Shown: positions 1 through 13,514, numbered from the whole stretch's first letter. The stretch is 63,691 nt of DNA, filler included, from Pelomyxa schiedti (GCA_020536535.1; 10 parts of 10 records of this genome joined end to end with filler, not necessarily neighbours in it); one strand, 5' to 3'. The notes: generated by a model from the sequence alone, not told the origin. Numbers and translations are program-made.

Positions 1-765
1 AAACGCAATGCCGAACAGATATCTGTTAAAGTAACGAGACCTTCGTGCGTATTTCGCCAGTTTGTGCAGAGTTACGCGGCGTAATCTGAGGACAATCGGG
101 CGAAATCTAGTGCAATTGCCCGGGGAGGAAGGGAGAGCTTCGAACAATTCGCCATTTATGCTTCGCAGTACAGGACATTATGATTCAACTAATTAGGAAG
201 AAGCACAATTTAAGTTTGTGCACTCCGGCAGCAAGAAAGCACAAATAAAAAGAAAAAACAGGCAGACAACACCGGTCACGCACAACGCTTTGACACACGA
301 AAGTGAACCGAAGCCATGGAAAAGGCCGCAGCGTTTTTATTGTTCTCGCAGATACAAGACGAAGAGGAGTCGGTAGGCGGCGGCGGTTGTTGCTACCGGC
401 AGCAGCGCGGGCACCAGCAGTACGACGCGGACAGGATTATGGGACTGATAGCCACCGAGGCCGCGACCCGGCAACAAAACGTAGACATCACGTCGTCGGT
501 GGCGATCACTGGTAGTCTGCCTTTGACAGCCGTTTTTTCACGGTTCGTGCTTTATACGCTTTGATTATGGGTGGTTTTTGGTTGGTTATAGATTCTGTTT
601 GTTGTTTTGAACCTATATTATTGTTTTTCTTTTCCTTTTTATGACATAGTACTGACTTCTCTTCAGGCTATTGAACCAAGTGGGGGTACCGCAGTCGGCA
701 TTTGTTGTTGCTTGTATTCTGGCAAAGCGGTGCCTTGGACGAATAAAGTGCACTACACAAAATAT
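1..765 (+). repeat. Direct duplicate of 7655-8405 (upstream region and 5' part of the cyclin gene), cut by a 100-N gap
   Basis: Near-identical to 7655-8405 with scattered substitutions and small indels (e.g. an extra ~10 nt before the ATG; QIQDE vs QIPDE). Confidence 0.9.
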
Positions 766-1579
766 NNNNNNNNNNNNNNNNNNNNNNNNNNNNNNNNNNN
801 NNNNNNNNNNNNNNNNNNNNNNNNNNNNNNNNNNNNNNNNNNNNNNNNNNNNNNNNNNNNNNNNNCCCAACAAGGAGAACAGGCACCTCCATTTCTATGC
901 ATTAGAAATAGGTGAGAGTTTTATTCAGGAAAGGCATACATTGGGGCTTTTTTCTTTGAATGTGGAATAGAATGTTCCAAGTTTTGAAAAAGAATCTCTG
1001 TCAACAATAGAAAAGCACAACAATACAACATCTCCACCTCTGTACCTGCATCTTCATGTAAGGCAACAAGGGGTGGGCCCTCTGAAATTACGGCTACATA
1101 AGTGCCGAAAAAGTATATTCCTCATCGCACCTTGATTTGAATGCAAATTGGTATTTAATAGAGATAAATGACTTAGGAATTCATACGCATCCCACAAGCC
1201 AGTCGCGTACTCACAACCATCCACATTATAAAACTTCAAGTACTACATGCAAGAATTAATAATAATCAAAGATAGCGGTTTTGGAAACGACACACACATC
1301 CGGCGACAATGTGCTATCAGACATCTGGTAGTCCCTCCAATTTTTAATGGAGCCCCAATAGGTACTAAAAACATTGTTTGTTTCGGGGGGAAAGAAAAAC
1401 AAAAACCAAAAACCACAAATGTACAGACATATTAACAAGAGAGGTCTTCCCAACTCCCGGCGGTCCCACAATTGCGATGTTGATCGCTCTCCGCTTCGCG
1501 CTCATCTCCTACGAGGTAAGCCGTTATTTTGAAATTCAATAACAACGAAGTTCTACAGATTAATCTGAACTAAAAAATG

Positions 1580-2866
1580 TTAATAGATGTTCCACAATGG
1601 AAAGTGGGAGGGATCAAAGGGCACAGAGAAGTCACCAACATGGAACCCTGTTGAGCAATCATGCACTGCCAGCTTGATTTCTGTGATGCCAGTCTCTGAA
1701 CTGTGTGTTGTTGAGACAATCAGCTGTGACTTAACCCCCCGGGAAGTAGCTGCCCAAGTGCAAGGTACACTGAGTGTAGGGGCTGAAGTAATGCTTCCAT
1801 TGTGGTACACCTCAAAGTTGGGAGCATCTTCCTTCGTCACGAAGATGTGGCTGGTCCCAATCGGAACTACAGTTGCATACTTTGGAAACTGCGCCATGGA
1901 CTTGCCAGTGGAATTATCCACAATGATACATGGCTCGCGATGCAATGTGCACACAGAACCATCAGGTCGCTGGATGAAGCCATACGGATGGCTCTCTCCA
2001 CAGAGTACCTTTCTTTTCGCCACAAATTTCCCTTCGTTTACACTGGCTTGCAAGTCACAAAATGTCACACAGCCTCCTGCAGCTCCAGCCTCACTATCAA
2101 ACAACATCAAAACGTCATCACTGAATGGTGAAAAAATCGCGCACATAGCCTCAATCCCTCCAAAGTTACAGTAGGCCACCCCCGATGACGATGACGATGA
2201 TGATGATGCATGATCACCTCCAACACCAGAAACCTGCCACACGTGAAAATTCTCGTCTTGGATCCCCACAATCCACTTCCTGTTGCAAAACAATGAACAG
2301 CACGAGGTCTCGAGCGACCAAACCCTCTTCGGCGCCTCCCCATCACCACCCAGCTCTTCTATAGCATATTCGCGCATATGAGAAACACTGTTGAAGCGCA
2401 GCTTGCGCAGTATCATCGCCCTGCTGCTGTCGTTCCCGACAGAGCCGCGCACCTCGCCTGGGACGTGGAACCAAGAGTGCCTGACGAGCCCCATGGTCGG
2501 CGACACGCTCACAAACAGGTAGTGCTCCTTGATTGGGATTCTGAACAGAGCGTCTTCAGACGGCCTGAGGACCCAGTCCTCAGCCCACGCCCTGAACATC
2601 GCAGTCGATTGTATCCACTTCACCATGGTCGACGGCGGCACGGAACTGGAAGTGTCCTCACCACGATGGTGGATGATGGGAGTGACCTGGCCGCCAGAGG
2701 AGATGCTCTTGACGCCATGCACTGAAAGTTGTGATTCCTGAGGCTCCAGTTCTCCTTCTCTGTCGTCACCAATTTTGTTGTTGGTGCTGCTTGTTCTTCC
2801 TCTTAATTCGGTGATTGGTGCGCAAAGGATGGCCATCACCTGTGATTTTGCCGTTGTTGCCATCAT
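1580..2866 (-). CDS. Intronless hypothetical protein of a lineage-expanded family (probable beta-propeller-like C-terminal region)
   Basis: Long ORF 1580-3046, likely start MMATTAK at 2866. Motifs (FVSVSPTMGLV, CNRKWIV, terminal 'D..TG' strand) resemble the ORFs at 28823 and 61906. Confidence 0.7.
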   Translation of the reverse strand: MMATTAKSQVMAILCAPITELRGRTSSTNNKIGDDREGELEPQESQLSVHGVKSISSGGQVTPIIHHRGEDTSSSVPPSTMVKWIQSTAMFRAWAEDWVLRPSEDALFRIPIKEHYLFVSVSPTMGLVRHSWFHVPGEVRGSVGNDSSRAMILRKLRFNSVSHMREYAIEELGGDGEAPKRVWSLETSCCSLFCNRKWIVGIQDENFHVWQVSGVGGDHASSSSSSSSGVAYCNFGGIEAMCAIFSPFSDDVLMLFDSEAGAAGGCVTFCDLQASVNEGKFVAKRKVLCGESHPYGFIQRPDGSVCTLHREPCIIVDNSTGKSMAQFPKYATVVPIGTSHIFVTKEDAPNFEVYHNGSITSAPTLSVPCTWAATSRGVKSQLIVSTTHSSETGITEIKLAVHDCSTGFHVGDFSVPFDPSHFPLWNIY

Positions 2867-3477
2867 TTTGTTGTTGTTGTCGGCCTTGTTGGTTGTTGTT
2901 TGCTGCTCTTGTTTTCTGAGGTCGTTGCCTAGTCGTCGTTGACTTGCTAACTGGTGTTTGATTCCTTGTCTGCAAAATCGAAATCTAGGTTGCAACCGAC
3001 GAGGGCTGCACAACTGGCACGGTTTTGCCGACCACTCAGTGCCCAAAAACCGAACTGAACTGGCTGAATAAAATATTCAACAGACCGGAACGCTGTCGTT
3101 TTCGTGTCTTCGCCCAGTCTCGGCGGTCTGGTGTTTTTTTATTCAGCCAAGTGGTCAATGACCATCAGGTTACCGATCACGAAAAAGGTTCAGGAAGGGA
3201 GTACTGATTGCGTTCAAACACAAATTTGAGGTCTTCTTATGTTCTCGTCCTTAAGCCAGTTAGTGCGCTCCGTGAACTCCTTTTTTTTTTTCTTCCTCCG
3301 TGCTACTTTCAAAGCACTCAACCCACAATTCCCAAATAACCACACTCGCACAGGGCACAACAACAACTACTTCTCGGTCGGTACATACATGATCGCAGCC
3401 AACGCCATCAACAACAACATCAACAACCGTCGGCTACCACTGGCAACGCACCCACGCCGCCGTTAACATTATGGGAC

Positions 3478-5870
3478 GTGTACAACTACAACTTCTACCA
3501 TGGCGGGTGTGGGCCTGGCACAATTATGGGTTCTCGTTCTATGCCTGATGGTAATACTCCTAGTATGACTGATGATGATTCTGATACTACAACTTCTACT
3601 ACCTCAAGTACAACTACAATTGCTTCCTTTACAAATACTACTGGTAGTAGTTCAATTTATAGTTGTATCAACAGTGGCTCTGTTACTCACACCAACACCC
3701 AACACAACAACCAAAACAACAATCACAGTCATAAGCACAAACTCAAAAACAAGAGCAAACGCAATCACAATCACTGCCTTCCGGCTTCTGCAGTACCCTC
3801 CTCAATAGCCTCTGAAACTTCTACACCATCGCAATCACCACAACTCTTGTCTTGTACAGAATCACCACAACCATCAGCGGAAAAGGCCACACCATCACGC
3901 ACAGCACTGTTACAAGCCGTAGTTAAATCATCATCTCTGGATTCAAGTGCCAAAACAGCAACAACTCTCACGGATACACTTACCGTAATCCCGGAAACCC
4001 AGCAAGAGCAAATCCAACACTTGCATGGGCATGTAAATGCGCATGCTCACAAACCTCTAACACCCAATCCACTGGGTCCTTCTGTCAGCGTTGATGTTAG
4101 AATGTATAACAGCATTCATATCTCTCCGGATCCAAAGATATACCGAAGTGCCATCAGCAACACCACTCAACCCACCCTTACACCTCCATCCACAACATCA
4201 TCGGACAGCAACACTTCCGTTTGGACAGGTTCACTTGTTAAAACCGGAAGTCTATCACTGCCCGCTCGTTTACTCAAGCAGAACTTACCGCTTCTGCTTC
4301 TACTGCAGCAACAGATGCATTTAAGGCAATTGCAGCAGCCCCAAACCCAGCAATTACACACAGATGAGAACACCACAGCAGTTGAATGCGCACCCTCAGC
4401 CATAGCACCCATAAAAGAGGTTACCTATTCTTTTTCCCAACTGCGTTCTAAATACTATAGATCACGCCACTGCAAGAACCTGTCACACCCCAGAACTTAC
4501 TGCTGAATGTGATTGAAAACTTTCCGTGGTGTCGTTTCATTGAAGAGGTGAACAGAGCTTTTGGAAAATGCACCTACAGTGCTGAAAGAAGCAAGGGAGG
4601 TGTGGTAAATAGCTTTGCAATCGAAAAAAGCCACGGTATTCCTCTGTCAAGCATCAACTTGGTTCCCCAGATGACACAAAATCAAATTGCTGCCTGCTTG
4701 CGGCACTTGGTTGAGTATGTGTATTGTACCTAAGGTTTGCTTCTCACCTTCTACGTGAAGGAAAGGATATTTGACTGTTGAGGCTGAGGAATTCAGGAGA
4801 ACTCCGAACTGGGAAATGTTGTACACTCAGAACAGCCAGGCCTGGAAGACACTTAAACATAGATGTACGCTGATAATTATTTCTTGGTTTTCCATCATTT
4901 ATGTATGAAGATCGTGAAGATCGCATTGGCTTTATGGAACCCGAGATCACAAAAGGAGAGGAAACTGTTGGCCCACTTAAGAAAACCGGGGAACAAGATC
5001 CCGTTAAACAAACCATGGAACAGGTGCTCCCCTTTCCTTCCACTTTCATTGTAACATTTTTCAGACATTCTATAATGTGGTGTATTCTGGAAGTGCTAAT
5101 GCTGTGAAAGCTGACGCGGGACAAGACCCACAGCAGCAACAACCGCAACCACAAGCACAACCACAGCCACAGACACAACCGGAACCTCCATTGCATGTGC
5201 AATCGGAAGTGCATCAACAAACCCCACCCACAACCCACTCTGCGGACGATATTGAAGAAGTACGTGCAATAAATAAGATACCAAAGAGAAATGCCGGAAC
5301 CAAACCAGTAGTGCAAGAAGGTGACCGCCACAGAAAGTCAGAAAAGTTCACACCACAGGTTTGTTTCTACTCAGATTTTCCTGTTACTATTAGTATTAAC
5401 TAATGGCAATATCCGATATACTATACTTCCCACAGCAGCAAGTGAAGTTTGGTACCGGTGCCAAACTCAATACCTACACTTTGCCGGAAATTCTCAGCCT
5501 TCCAGGTTCCGCTCAGTTCTTCCCTTTTATCAACTTGTTCTCCCCTCTGCTCCCATCATCACGACCGGCACCAACATCTACCACCTCTACTTCAACAACA
5601 CCGGCAGCAAAATCCCGGCAATATCCTCCCGTATTTTCCGCAACGGTTCCATCACAAAACGCAATTCCAAACAGAGTCGATGTAAGGACAACTACACCCG
5701 GCAACATCACAACATCGCACAGGCGTAAAACCACCACACACAGAACTCACTACTCCAACAACACAAACCCACAGCAACAACAGCAACAACCCGCACCAAC
5801 AAAAAGGCACAGAACGAACTGCCCCTTGAAAGACACTAACACTAGAAACTCATTTCAATCACAGGAATAG
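3478..5870 (+). CDS. Multi-exon low-complexity (T/S/Q/P-rich) protein with a central globular, possibly winged-helix, segment
   Basis: Consecutive ORFs joined by GT-AG introns. The spliced core reads ...PQMTQNQIAACLRHLVEKGYLTVE...; start uncertain. Confidence 0.5.
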
Positions 5871-6329
5871 GACTAGGAATAGCCTCACAGCTTGACTGTC
5901 AGGCTACATCAGTAACATCAACACCAGCAATATCAACAATAGCACCCACTGGCTTCTATTAATACGTACCATAATTCGGAATCCACACACCAACTTCATG
6001 AGAGTGGGGAATGGCAAACTTTTGATGTGATCGGAAGAGGATGAGAACCGTTCTTCTCTGTATTCAGAGCCAAAGGCACTGTTGACTGCAAGAAAAAGTT
6101 CCAATTTCTGATTCCACACCATTTTTCTTGACTGGCACTAGTTGCCGGACTTCAAGGTGTCACTTTGGGGTTTTTGATTGATGGGCACTTTTTGATCTGG
6201 GGAAAAAAACAAAGAAGACAGGACCAAGACACAGGGGGATCTAGTGTGCGTAGCGGTTTTTGCGGTGTTCATTTACTGATATTGGAGTGTAGCGCTGAAG
6301 TAGGTGCTTTTTTTTCTGGTTTTTTTGAG

Positions 6330-7575
6330 ATGTCGTTTGACCCTTGCGCGAATGGAACTGCTGTCACAAGTGAAAGTTTTGAGGACGTACTCCCCTATGT
6401 CTCTCCTATGGGAATCGCTCTCGGCGTGATACTCACTGTGGCTATTGTAATTTCCATCCTTCCGCAGGTATCTCCTGTTGCGTTTTATCACTTCAACGTT
6501 TAACGATTACACCAACAGCACGTAAAAATACTCCGGAAACGCACGCACGTCGGTCTCAGCTTCCTGGCTTTATTTTTACAGAATGTAAACCAGTTTAGCT
6601 GCGCAATGAATTCAGTTTTACTGAAAGAACCACAGTTTAAAGCTTGCGTTGTTCTAGTACGACCTTTTCCCAAACTATTTCCATTTCCAACGCATTCACA
6701 GTCCTTCGGACAATGCTTGCCTTCACTTCTTTCATTTATTCAACTATTTGCCACTTGGCTATTTACAGCCCCCATGTGCGCATTCATATAAGTTGATGCT
6801 CTATCTAATCTTCCCTAGTTATGTATATTACTTGATATTTTTTCAGCACGACAAATCAAAAGCTAATATCCTCTTGTGGAGACTCTCTCTACTCTTTTTC
6901 GGACTCTGGCTTTTATATTTTGCCACTCTTGTAGGAATGATAATTGGAATCAGGTTTAATGCTTCATAGCGTTCATGTGTAACGTTTTTCTTACAGTTAT
7001 GCGGATGGTATGTGTGGTGATGTCACTGTAACGTTTGGCAAAGTGCTTGGAATTCTGTCACTCGTCCTTACTATTGTGCAATGGAGTCCGCAGATTTGGA
7101 CAACCTGGAGGGCCAAAGTATATCTTTAACAGTCCGGTTCTTACTTACATTCATTCAGTCCGCCGGTTCAATGTCGACTTTGATGGTCGCACTCCAAGCT
7201 CCCGGGTCAGCGGTAATTGTGGTCTTCATGGCGTGCATCACCAAAGACAATGTAACCACCTGGGCCAGTTATCTCGCAAGCGCCATACAGTTATTCATAC
7301 TGCTGTTTATCCTCGTGTACTACGAGATTCGTGACTACCGGGCCAAGAAAGCCAAGGGCTACGCACCCATCAACACCGAGTCTGAGGATGTTGTCAAAGT
7401 GGGTGATTCTCTTACCGCAAGTGACAGAGATGGAGAGAATGTAAGCATAAACTCAGAACCAACATCCACCACAACATACAATTCCACCGCCGCATCAACA
7501 TCAACGCCGCAGGACGTGACAAACAACTCCACGTACGGACAAAGCGGTGCCTCAAGTGACACCACGAACGAATAA
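6330..7575 (+). CDS. PQ-loop repeat membrane transporter (multi-exon)
   Basis: TM helix followed by SILPQ|HVKILRKRTHVGLSFLAL, a second repeat ending AGSMSTLMVALQAPG, about 7 hydrophobic segments, GT-AG introns. Confidence 0.85.
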
Positions 7576-7955
7576 GGACTGTAAGTGAACCATTTGTCAT
7601 GTTCATTTCACAGGTGATACATTGATCACTTAGAGGAAAGGCCACAGAACGGCAAAACGCAATGCCGAACAGATATCTGTTAAAGTAACGAGACCTTCGT
7701 GCGTATTTCGCCAGTTTGTGCAGAGTTACGCGGCGTAATCTGAGGACAATCGGGCGAAATCTAGTGCAATTGCCCCGGGGAGGAAGGGAGAGCTTCGAAC
7801 AATTCGCCATTTATGCTTCGCAGTACAGGACATTATGATTCTACTAATTAGGAAGAAGCACAATTTAAGTTTGTGCACGACCGGCAGCAAGAAAGCACAA
7901 ATAAAAAGAAAAAAAAGACAACACCCGTCACGCACAACGCTTTGACACACGAAGC

Positions 7956-9248
7956 ATGGAAAAAGCCGCAGCGTTTTTATTGTTCTCGCAGATACCAGAC
8001 GAAGAGGAGTCGGTAGGCGGCGGCGGCTGTTGCTACCGGCAGCAGCGCGGGCACCAGCAGTACGACGCGGACAAGATTATGGGACTGATAGCCACCGAGG
8101 CCGCGACCCGGCAACAAAACGTCGACATCACGTCGTCGGTGGCGATCACTGGTAGTCTGCCTTTGACAGCCGTTTTTTCACGGTTCGTGCTTTAAACGCT
8201 TTGATTATGGGTGGTTTTTGGTTGGTTACAGATTCTGTTTGTTGTTTTGAACCTATATTATTGTTTTTCTTTTCCTTTTTATGGCATAGTACTGACTTCT
8301 CTTCAGGCTATTGAACCAAGTGGGGGTACCGCAGTCGGCATTTGTTGTTGCTTGTATTCTGGCAAAGCGGTGCCTTGGACGAATAAAGTGCACTACACAA
8401 AATATCAGGGAAATAGCCTGTTCTTGCGTACTTGTAGCTTCCAAGTATTTATCCTATGAGTTTGTTTTTCCTAAAACTAATTTCATTTCCTTAGGCTACT
8501 CATGGACGACTATCTGATACCACAACTTTTTCCGACCTATTCCCTGTTCCAAAAGGTCGCTAGTATCGGCAAGGCGGCACTTGCTGAAACCGAACTTCTG
8601 GTTCTTCAGGGAGTGGACTTTAATCTGCACATCGAAACAGACGAATACTCAGTTTATTCCTCTGAGCTGGATCATATCGCGCGAGTTTTCTTCCCGGACA
8701 CCATTTCGCAGCCTAGAGAACCTGCCAGCAGGTCACAGCAAGCGGAACCAATTTCGGCTACTCACGGGCCTTCTTCCCGCTCCAGAGCCTCACCACAAAC
8801 TCTATCTCTACCATCGATTCCTTCCGGCCGGAATTCCGCTACACTCACCTCATCACAAATGAGCCGACAACAAACACACCAAAAAATCCAACCCCTTCAT
8901 CACAGTACAACAACCCCCATGGTTTCAGTCCCTCCACAGACCGGCATGAAACGGTCCTCCACATACCCGTACTCCGCCGCATTCCCCAGTTGCACCGCAC
9001 CTACTCTACCCTCACTCTCATCCCAACACACCAGCCGGTCCACACACCGGCCCACTTCTCCCACCAACACCAGCATTACCAAAAGCCACACCAACAATAA
9101 CAGCAATTCCTATCTCGAACTTCCACGCATTCCGCACAACAGCTGCTCTACCAGAATAGCAGTAGAACCGGTCAAACAAGCACACCACCACAGCAGCAAC
9201 AGCCCACCAAGGCACCTACTCCCACGGCTTATGGCCAAAAGCTCATAG
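7956..9248 (+). CDS. Cyclin (PHO80/cyclin U/P-like) with S/T/P-rich C-tail
   Basis: Spliced cyclin box: SAFVVACILAKRC...ACSCVLVASK|LLMDD...LAETELLVLQGVDFNLHIETDEY. Confidence 0.8.
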
Positions 9249-9708
9249 CCCGAGAGGGACTTTCCCTTTCTTTGTACTGTGTACTTCTAGCCATAACACC
9301 CCACCTCCCCACTGTAACAGTACCAAACACTGAGAATAAATTATGTGTATCCACCACCAAAATTTTTTCCCCTTTCATCATTTTTTCATCTGGAAAAGGT
9401 GCAACAAAATGTCATCGAAGACTTCGACGTTCTTCGGCTTTGTTTTTTCTTTTGGTTTGGCCGTGAAGCGTCGTCGCCGAAAAATAACAACAAACACGCA
9501 CTGTTGGGGACACTAAAACAATAAAAAACCAACCCCAACAACACCAACTATTATCATATCATTATAGATCATACACTGTGAAACAAACATAGTTACTATT
9601 GGCCCAACATACAAAACTGCAACACACTAGACACAGTGAGTATCACACATAGAGTAAGTATTAGATAGGCGCGAGTGTGTGAGTGAGAGAGTAAAAAAAC
9701 AAACACAA

Positions 9709-10254
9709 ATGAGTGGGACAGGGTACGTGAGGACCAACATCAACACCAAGTCTACCACAGCCAAGACACTCCTTGACATACACTACAACCCATTCGGCGA
9801 GCGTCCACCAACCCCCCCACCACCTGCCCCTCCTGCCGTTGTGTACTCCCCTCCTCAGCCACAGCCCACATCATATGACCCACTCTTGGCCCCTCAGTCC
9901 CAATCTGCATCAGTCACTCCAATGCCACAACAACAACCTTATGGTACTAACACTGCTGCTACTAATTCAGTGCAACCTATTCAGCAGACTCAACAAATAA
10001 ACCAACAACAAGTGGCACAACAACCACAACCACAACAACAGCAGCAGTCACATTCTGCACCACCTCCTTTGGTGTTCGCTTCTGGTGGTGGTGTCAGTGC
10101 GGTTCCATCACAGCAGTCATCTGTCAGTTCTAACCCTGGTCCCAATCCTACTCCTGGTCCTACGCCGGCTCCTGCTGTTACTAGTAGTGTACCCCCTTCT
10201 GGTGCCACGGGTGTCACTCCTGCTCCAAATGTTCCGGCAGCTACAAGTATGTAG
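9709..10254 (+). CDS. Hypothetical P/Q/S-rich protein
   Basis: Single ORF from MSGTGYVRTN with biased low-complexity composition; no recognisable domain. Confidence 0.5.
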   Translation: MSGTGYVRTNINTKSTTAKTLLDIHYNPFGERPPTPPPPAPPAVVYSPPQPQPTSYDPLLAPQSQSASVTPMPQQQPYGTNTAATNSVQPIQQTQQINQQQVAQQPQPQQQQQSHSAPPPLVFASGGGVSAVPSQQSSVSSNPGPNPTPGPTPAPAVTSSVPPSGATGVTPAPNVPAATSM

Positions 10255-10460
10255 TACAAACATAGTAGACTTACTTAGTATTAAACTTATCTACCGAAAA
10301 TATTATGATCAAGTTTTATTCTTATAGTTTAAATCTTGCGAAAATTTGATTATTCCAATGCCGAGTGTGACACTTCATAGAGCCTGCTATGTATGCTAAT
10401 GCGAATCGAGTATTATCTGATGCAGAACGCGATAATGCGTTTGCGGATATCAAGAAAGCG

Positions 10461-10560
10461 NNNNNNNNNNNNNNNNNNNNNNNNNNNNNNNNNNNNNNNN
10501 NNNNTTAATTAATTAANNNNNNNNNNNNNNNNNNNNNNNNNNNNNNNNNNNNNNNNNNNN
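10461..10560. other. Artificial contig linker N44-TTAATTAATTAA-N44 (also 15666-15765, 16926-17025, 18263-18362, 19544-19643, 25886-25985, 28536-28635, 35672-35771, 56969-57068)
   Basis: Identical 100-nt spacer with stops in all six frames, present nine times. Confidence 0.97.
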
Positions 10561-10670
10561 ATGAAAGGAATACCTCAAGTTGTCCATCACCATCAAGGTC
10601 TCCGAGGGTTGGTGCCGCGGGAGCCCCATTCCCGTTTCCTGAGGGAAAAAGATTAGGAACTATCCAGAGT
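10561..10670 (-). CDS. FG-GAP/VCBS-repeat protein fragment
   Basis: GNGNGAPAAPTLGDLDGDGQLEVFL matches the GDxDGDGxxD/E motif; truncated by the contig end. Confidence 0.5.
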
Positions 10671-10696
10671 TTAGTTGTGGTTTTGTATGTTATCAG

Positions 10697-13448
10697 GGGC
10701 ATTACATCAACAAGGAAATAGAAGCCCTACAGACTTTTCAGGGTGACCAGTTGGCACAAGGGATTCTTACCAAGGTTTTACAGGGTGGTGCTGTTCACTT
10801 TTGAAACTGAAATTGTCTTAGGTTGATGACTTGAGAAAGTATTCAAATGAAATAGAAAAGGAATTGTGGCAACTAGAGCTCGATTCTATCCCAGATTGTA
10901 TTTTCCCTGATTAGTTATACGGTACTGTAACGTGGTGTACTTTTAGATATGAATGAAGCTGAAAACTTTGGTTCATTGTACTACCAGATCGAGACCTGCA
11001 TCCAGCTTCTTCAGAAATTTGAGGATCTTTTCATCACATTCCAAAAGGAACTTGTTGGAATCACTGCAGATATTAAACTCCTGCAAGACGCTTCTGTGTT
11101 AAACAATACCAGAATTGGAAACAGACAGGTTACTTTCCTGTGCTTGAGTTGTGGCATTCTTAAAAGAACAGGCAGTAGGCGAATTACTTAACCGATTTGT
11201 CAACGACCTGTCTATTCCCAAAGAGTTGCACAAGTACCCTTTTTTCCCTCCGTTTTCATTTTTACTGGGAAAAGGGGTATAACAAGCAACGATGTAAATG
11301 AATTCTATGTACGATACCTTCAGGCACTGAATCGCAAGATTTCGTTTTGCGAAGTGCATCTTGAGGGAGGCACTATAGCTTGTGCTGATGTGTCCCCCAA
11401 ATTAAAATCACTTGAATCTGTAGTATGCTTCCTTTTTACCATTTTACCACCTTCTGCCAGACCTTATTTTTTCCATATTCAAGGCATTGAACAAAGTGTC
11501 CCAGTATATATCTAAGCAAATTGAAACAATCAAGGATCTTGAAAGTCTGCGGCGCATGCAAGCAGAAGTGAGCAATGTTTCTTACTGTTACCAGGTCCTG
11601 TTCACAAGAAAAAAAACTTTTATGCTGAAGTGACTTCAGTTCCTCTTCAAGCATGGACCAACAAAAGCTAAAACTGTTGTTGCACTTTACGTTGATGCAG
11701 CATCCCGCATATATACAGTTTATTGCAAGAGTTATCTTACCAGTCTGCTCAAGTGCCAATACGAACTCGCTGCAAAGACAGACACCCTTGGGTCTCCCGT
11801 AACACGACAGAGGATTATTTCACCATTCAAATCTGACCCGAAGAAGAGTAAACTTTACCTCATTCCTTTTCCTGCACATTTTTGAATTGTAGGCCCAAGT
11901 ACGAACATCTTCTCCATTGCTGATAGATTCAATGTACTACAGAATATGGAATCGCCTCCAATGACACCCCCAAATGTAACACTTTGCACCCTTTTTCGTT
12001 CTTCTAAAGAACATGATTTTAGCCCAAAACAGAACAACACCTGTTTGAATCCCTATTCCGATCCATTGTTTACCTTCTTATGGAGTTCGCCACTGCCGAA
12101 ACAATGTTTTGCAACGACTTCTTTTTAATTAATTCAGATGTAGCAAATCTTGTATTCTACAAACTGATTGGACTGTATATAGTTAACCTTTTTGTGCTTT
12201 TAACGACAATTTACTGGCAATTAGGAAACATTACACAATTATCTTGAAAATTCCTTCGATGCGATAGGCATTGCCATTGTGATGTGCATTGTGGAGAAGT
12301 ATTTTGAAGTTTGTAGTTTACCCTTTTTTTTTCTTTAAGTTATTATTGTACCAATCCATATTTACATTCCATATCCCGTAGCACTATTAAGGACATTTCT
12401 AAATAGATGATGGGCAGAAGAAGAGCACCTTGCTTGAACAAATTTTCCGAAACTGCAATGACAAAACTTATCACTCGCTTTAAATTTGTCGTGGAAAACC
12501 ATCTAGAATCAGTCAGACAAGCCTCGGCACGCACCTTTGCAGTGAACACTGTTGCAGTGCACTTGGTAAGTGAAGGTATAACGGTTTTCTCCTCACCCAA
12601 AAAAGGTGACCCGGCGATATGCCGAGTTCCTTGGGTCCTTGCTTTCTCTTTCTGGCAATTCTAGTGCTGATTCCGGTCAGCCAAGAGCTCTTGAAACAGT
12701 TCACAGGGTATGAATATCTGGAAGTAAACCAATTAATAGTTGTGTTAGGTAGTTGTAGAGGTTTTATTACCTCTCCGTAAAGAAATGGAGGCATTTCTCC
12801 TGAGGATGACAGAATGCTTTCCAGAACCAACTAAGAAGACCCTTTTCCTGATAAATAACTATGACTTGGTTCTACAAGTACTGGAGGTATGCCAAAAACG
12901 GAATTCTGGGTAGACTCTCATTACTTGTACAGAAACGGAAAGTTGTCTCTGATGATGTTACGCGTTTCAACCAACTTCGGGAGGATGCCATAATGCGTCA
13001 CTCTGCTGATCTTATACAATCCATGCCGTACTTTGCAAATCTAATTTCTTTTGTGGACAGAACCAGGCCACACAAAAATGATCCCACGAAATTAATGGCT
13101 CTTCCCGATTTCAACAATGGTAAGAAATTCCTCATAACGAACATAGCTCTTCTAAGACAATCTTCCACAACAGAGTATGTAGAAACACTGCTACAAGATT
13201 TTGTTCTTCACTGGAAAGGAGGCCTGGAGGCACTCAAGCACACTGTCACATCTAGTTTCACAAACTTCGAAGTTGGAAATAGTATTTTCCAGAACACTAT
13301 TGAGCGCGTTCTGGCCTATTACCAAGAGCTGGTGCAAATCATACTTACATATATGAAGGATTTGAGGAGGAACCAGTATTTTGTAGGTGAGACTGAAATC
13401 GCCTATGAAATGAAGAAGCTTGGGGGATTCTTTGACTCCCATGTGTAA
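10697..13448 (+). CDS. VPS52: Vacuolar protein sorting-associated protein 52 (GARP subunit), multi-exon, 5' end uncertain
   Basis: DLRKYSNEIEKELWQLELDSIPDY|MNEAENFGSLYYQIETC...FQKELVGITADIKLLQDAS...NRQ and C-terminal FTNFEVGNSIFQ...IAYEMKK are typical Vps52 segments. Confidence 0.88.
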
Positions 13449-13514
13449 AAAAAATGCAAAAAACTTGAAACAAAATTTTTGCGGGCCTCACAGTATTATT
13501 TTCTTTCTTTTTTT

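Noticed and set aside
10505-10516. Recurrent TTAATTAATTAA motif as a biological site
   Set aside because: Always centred in exactly 44+44 Ns, so it is an artificial contig linker.
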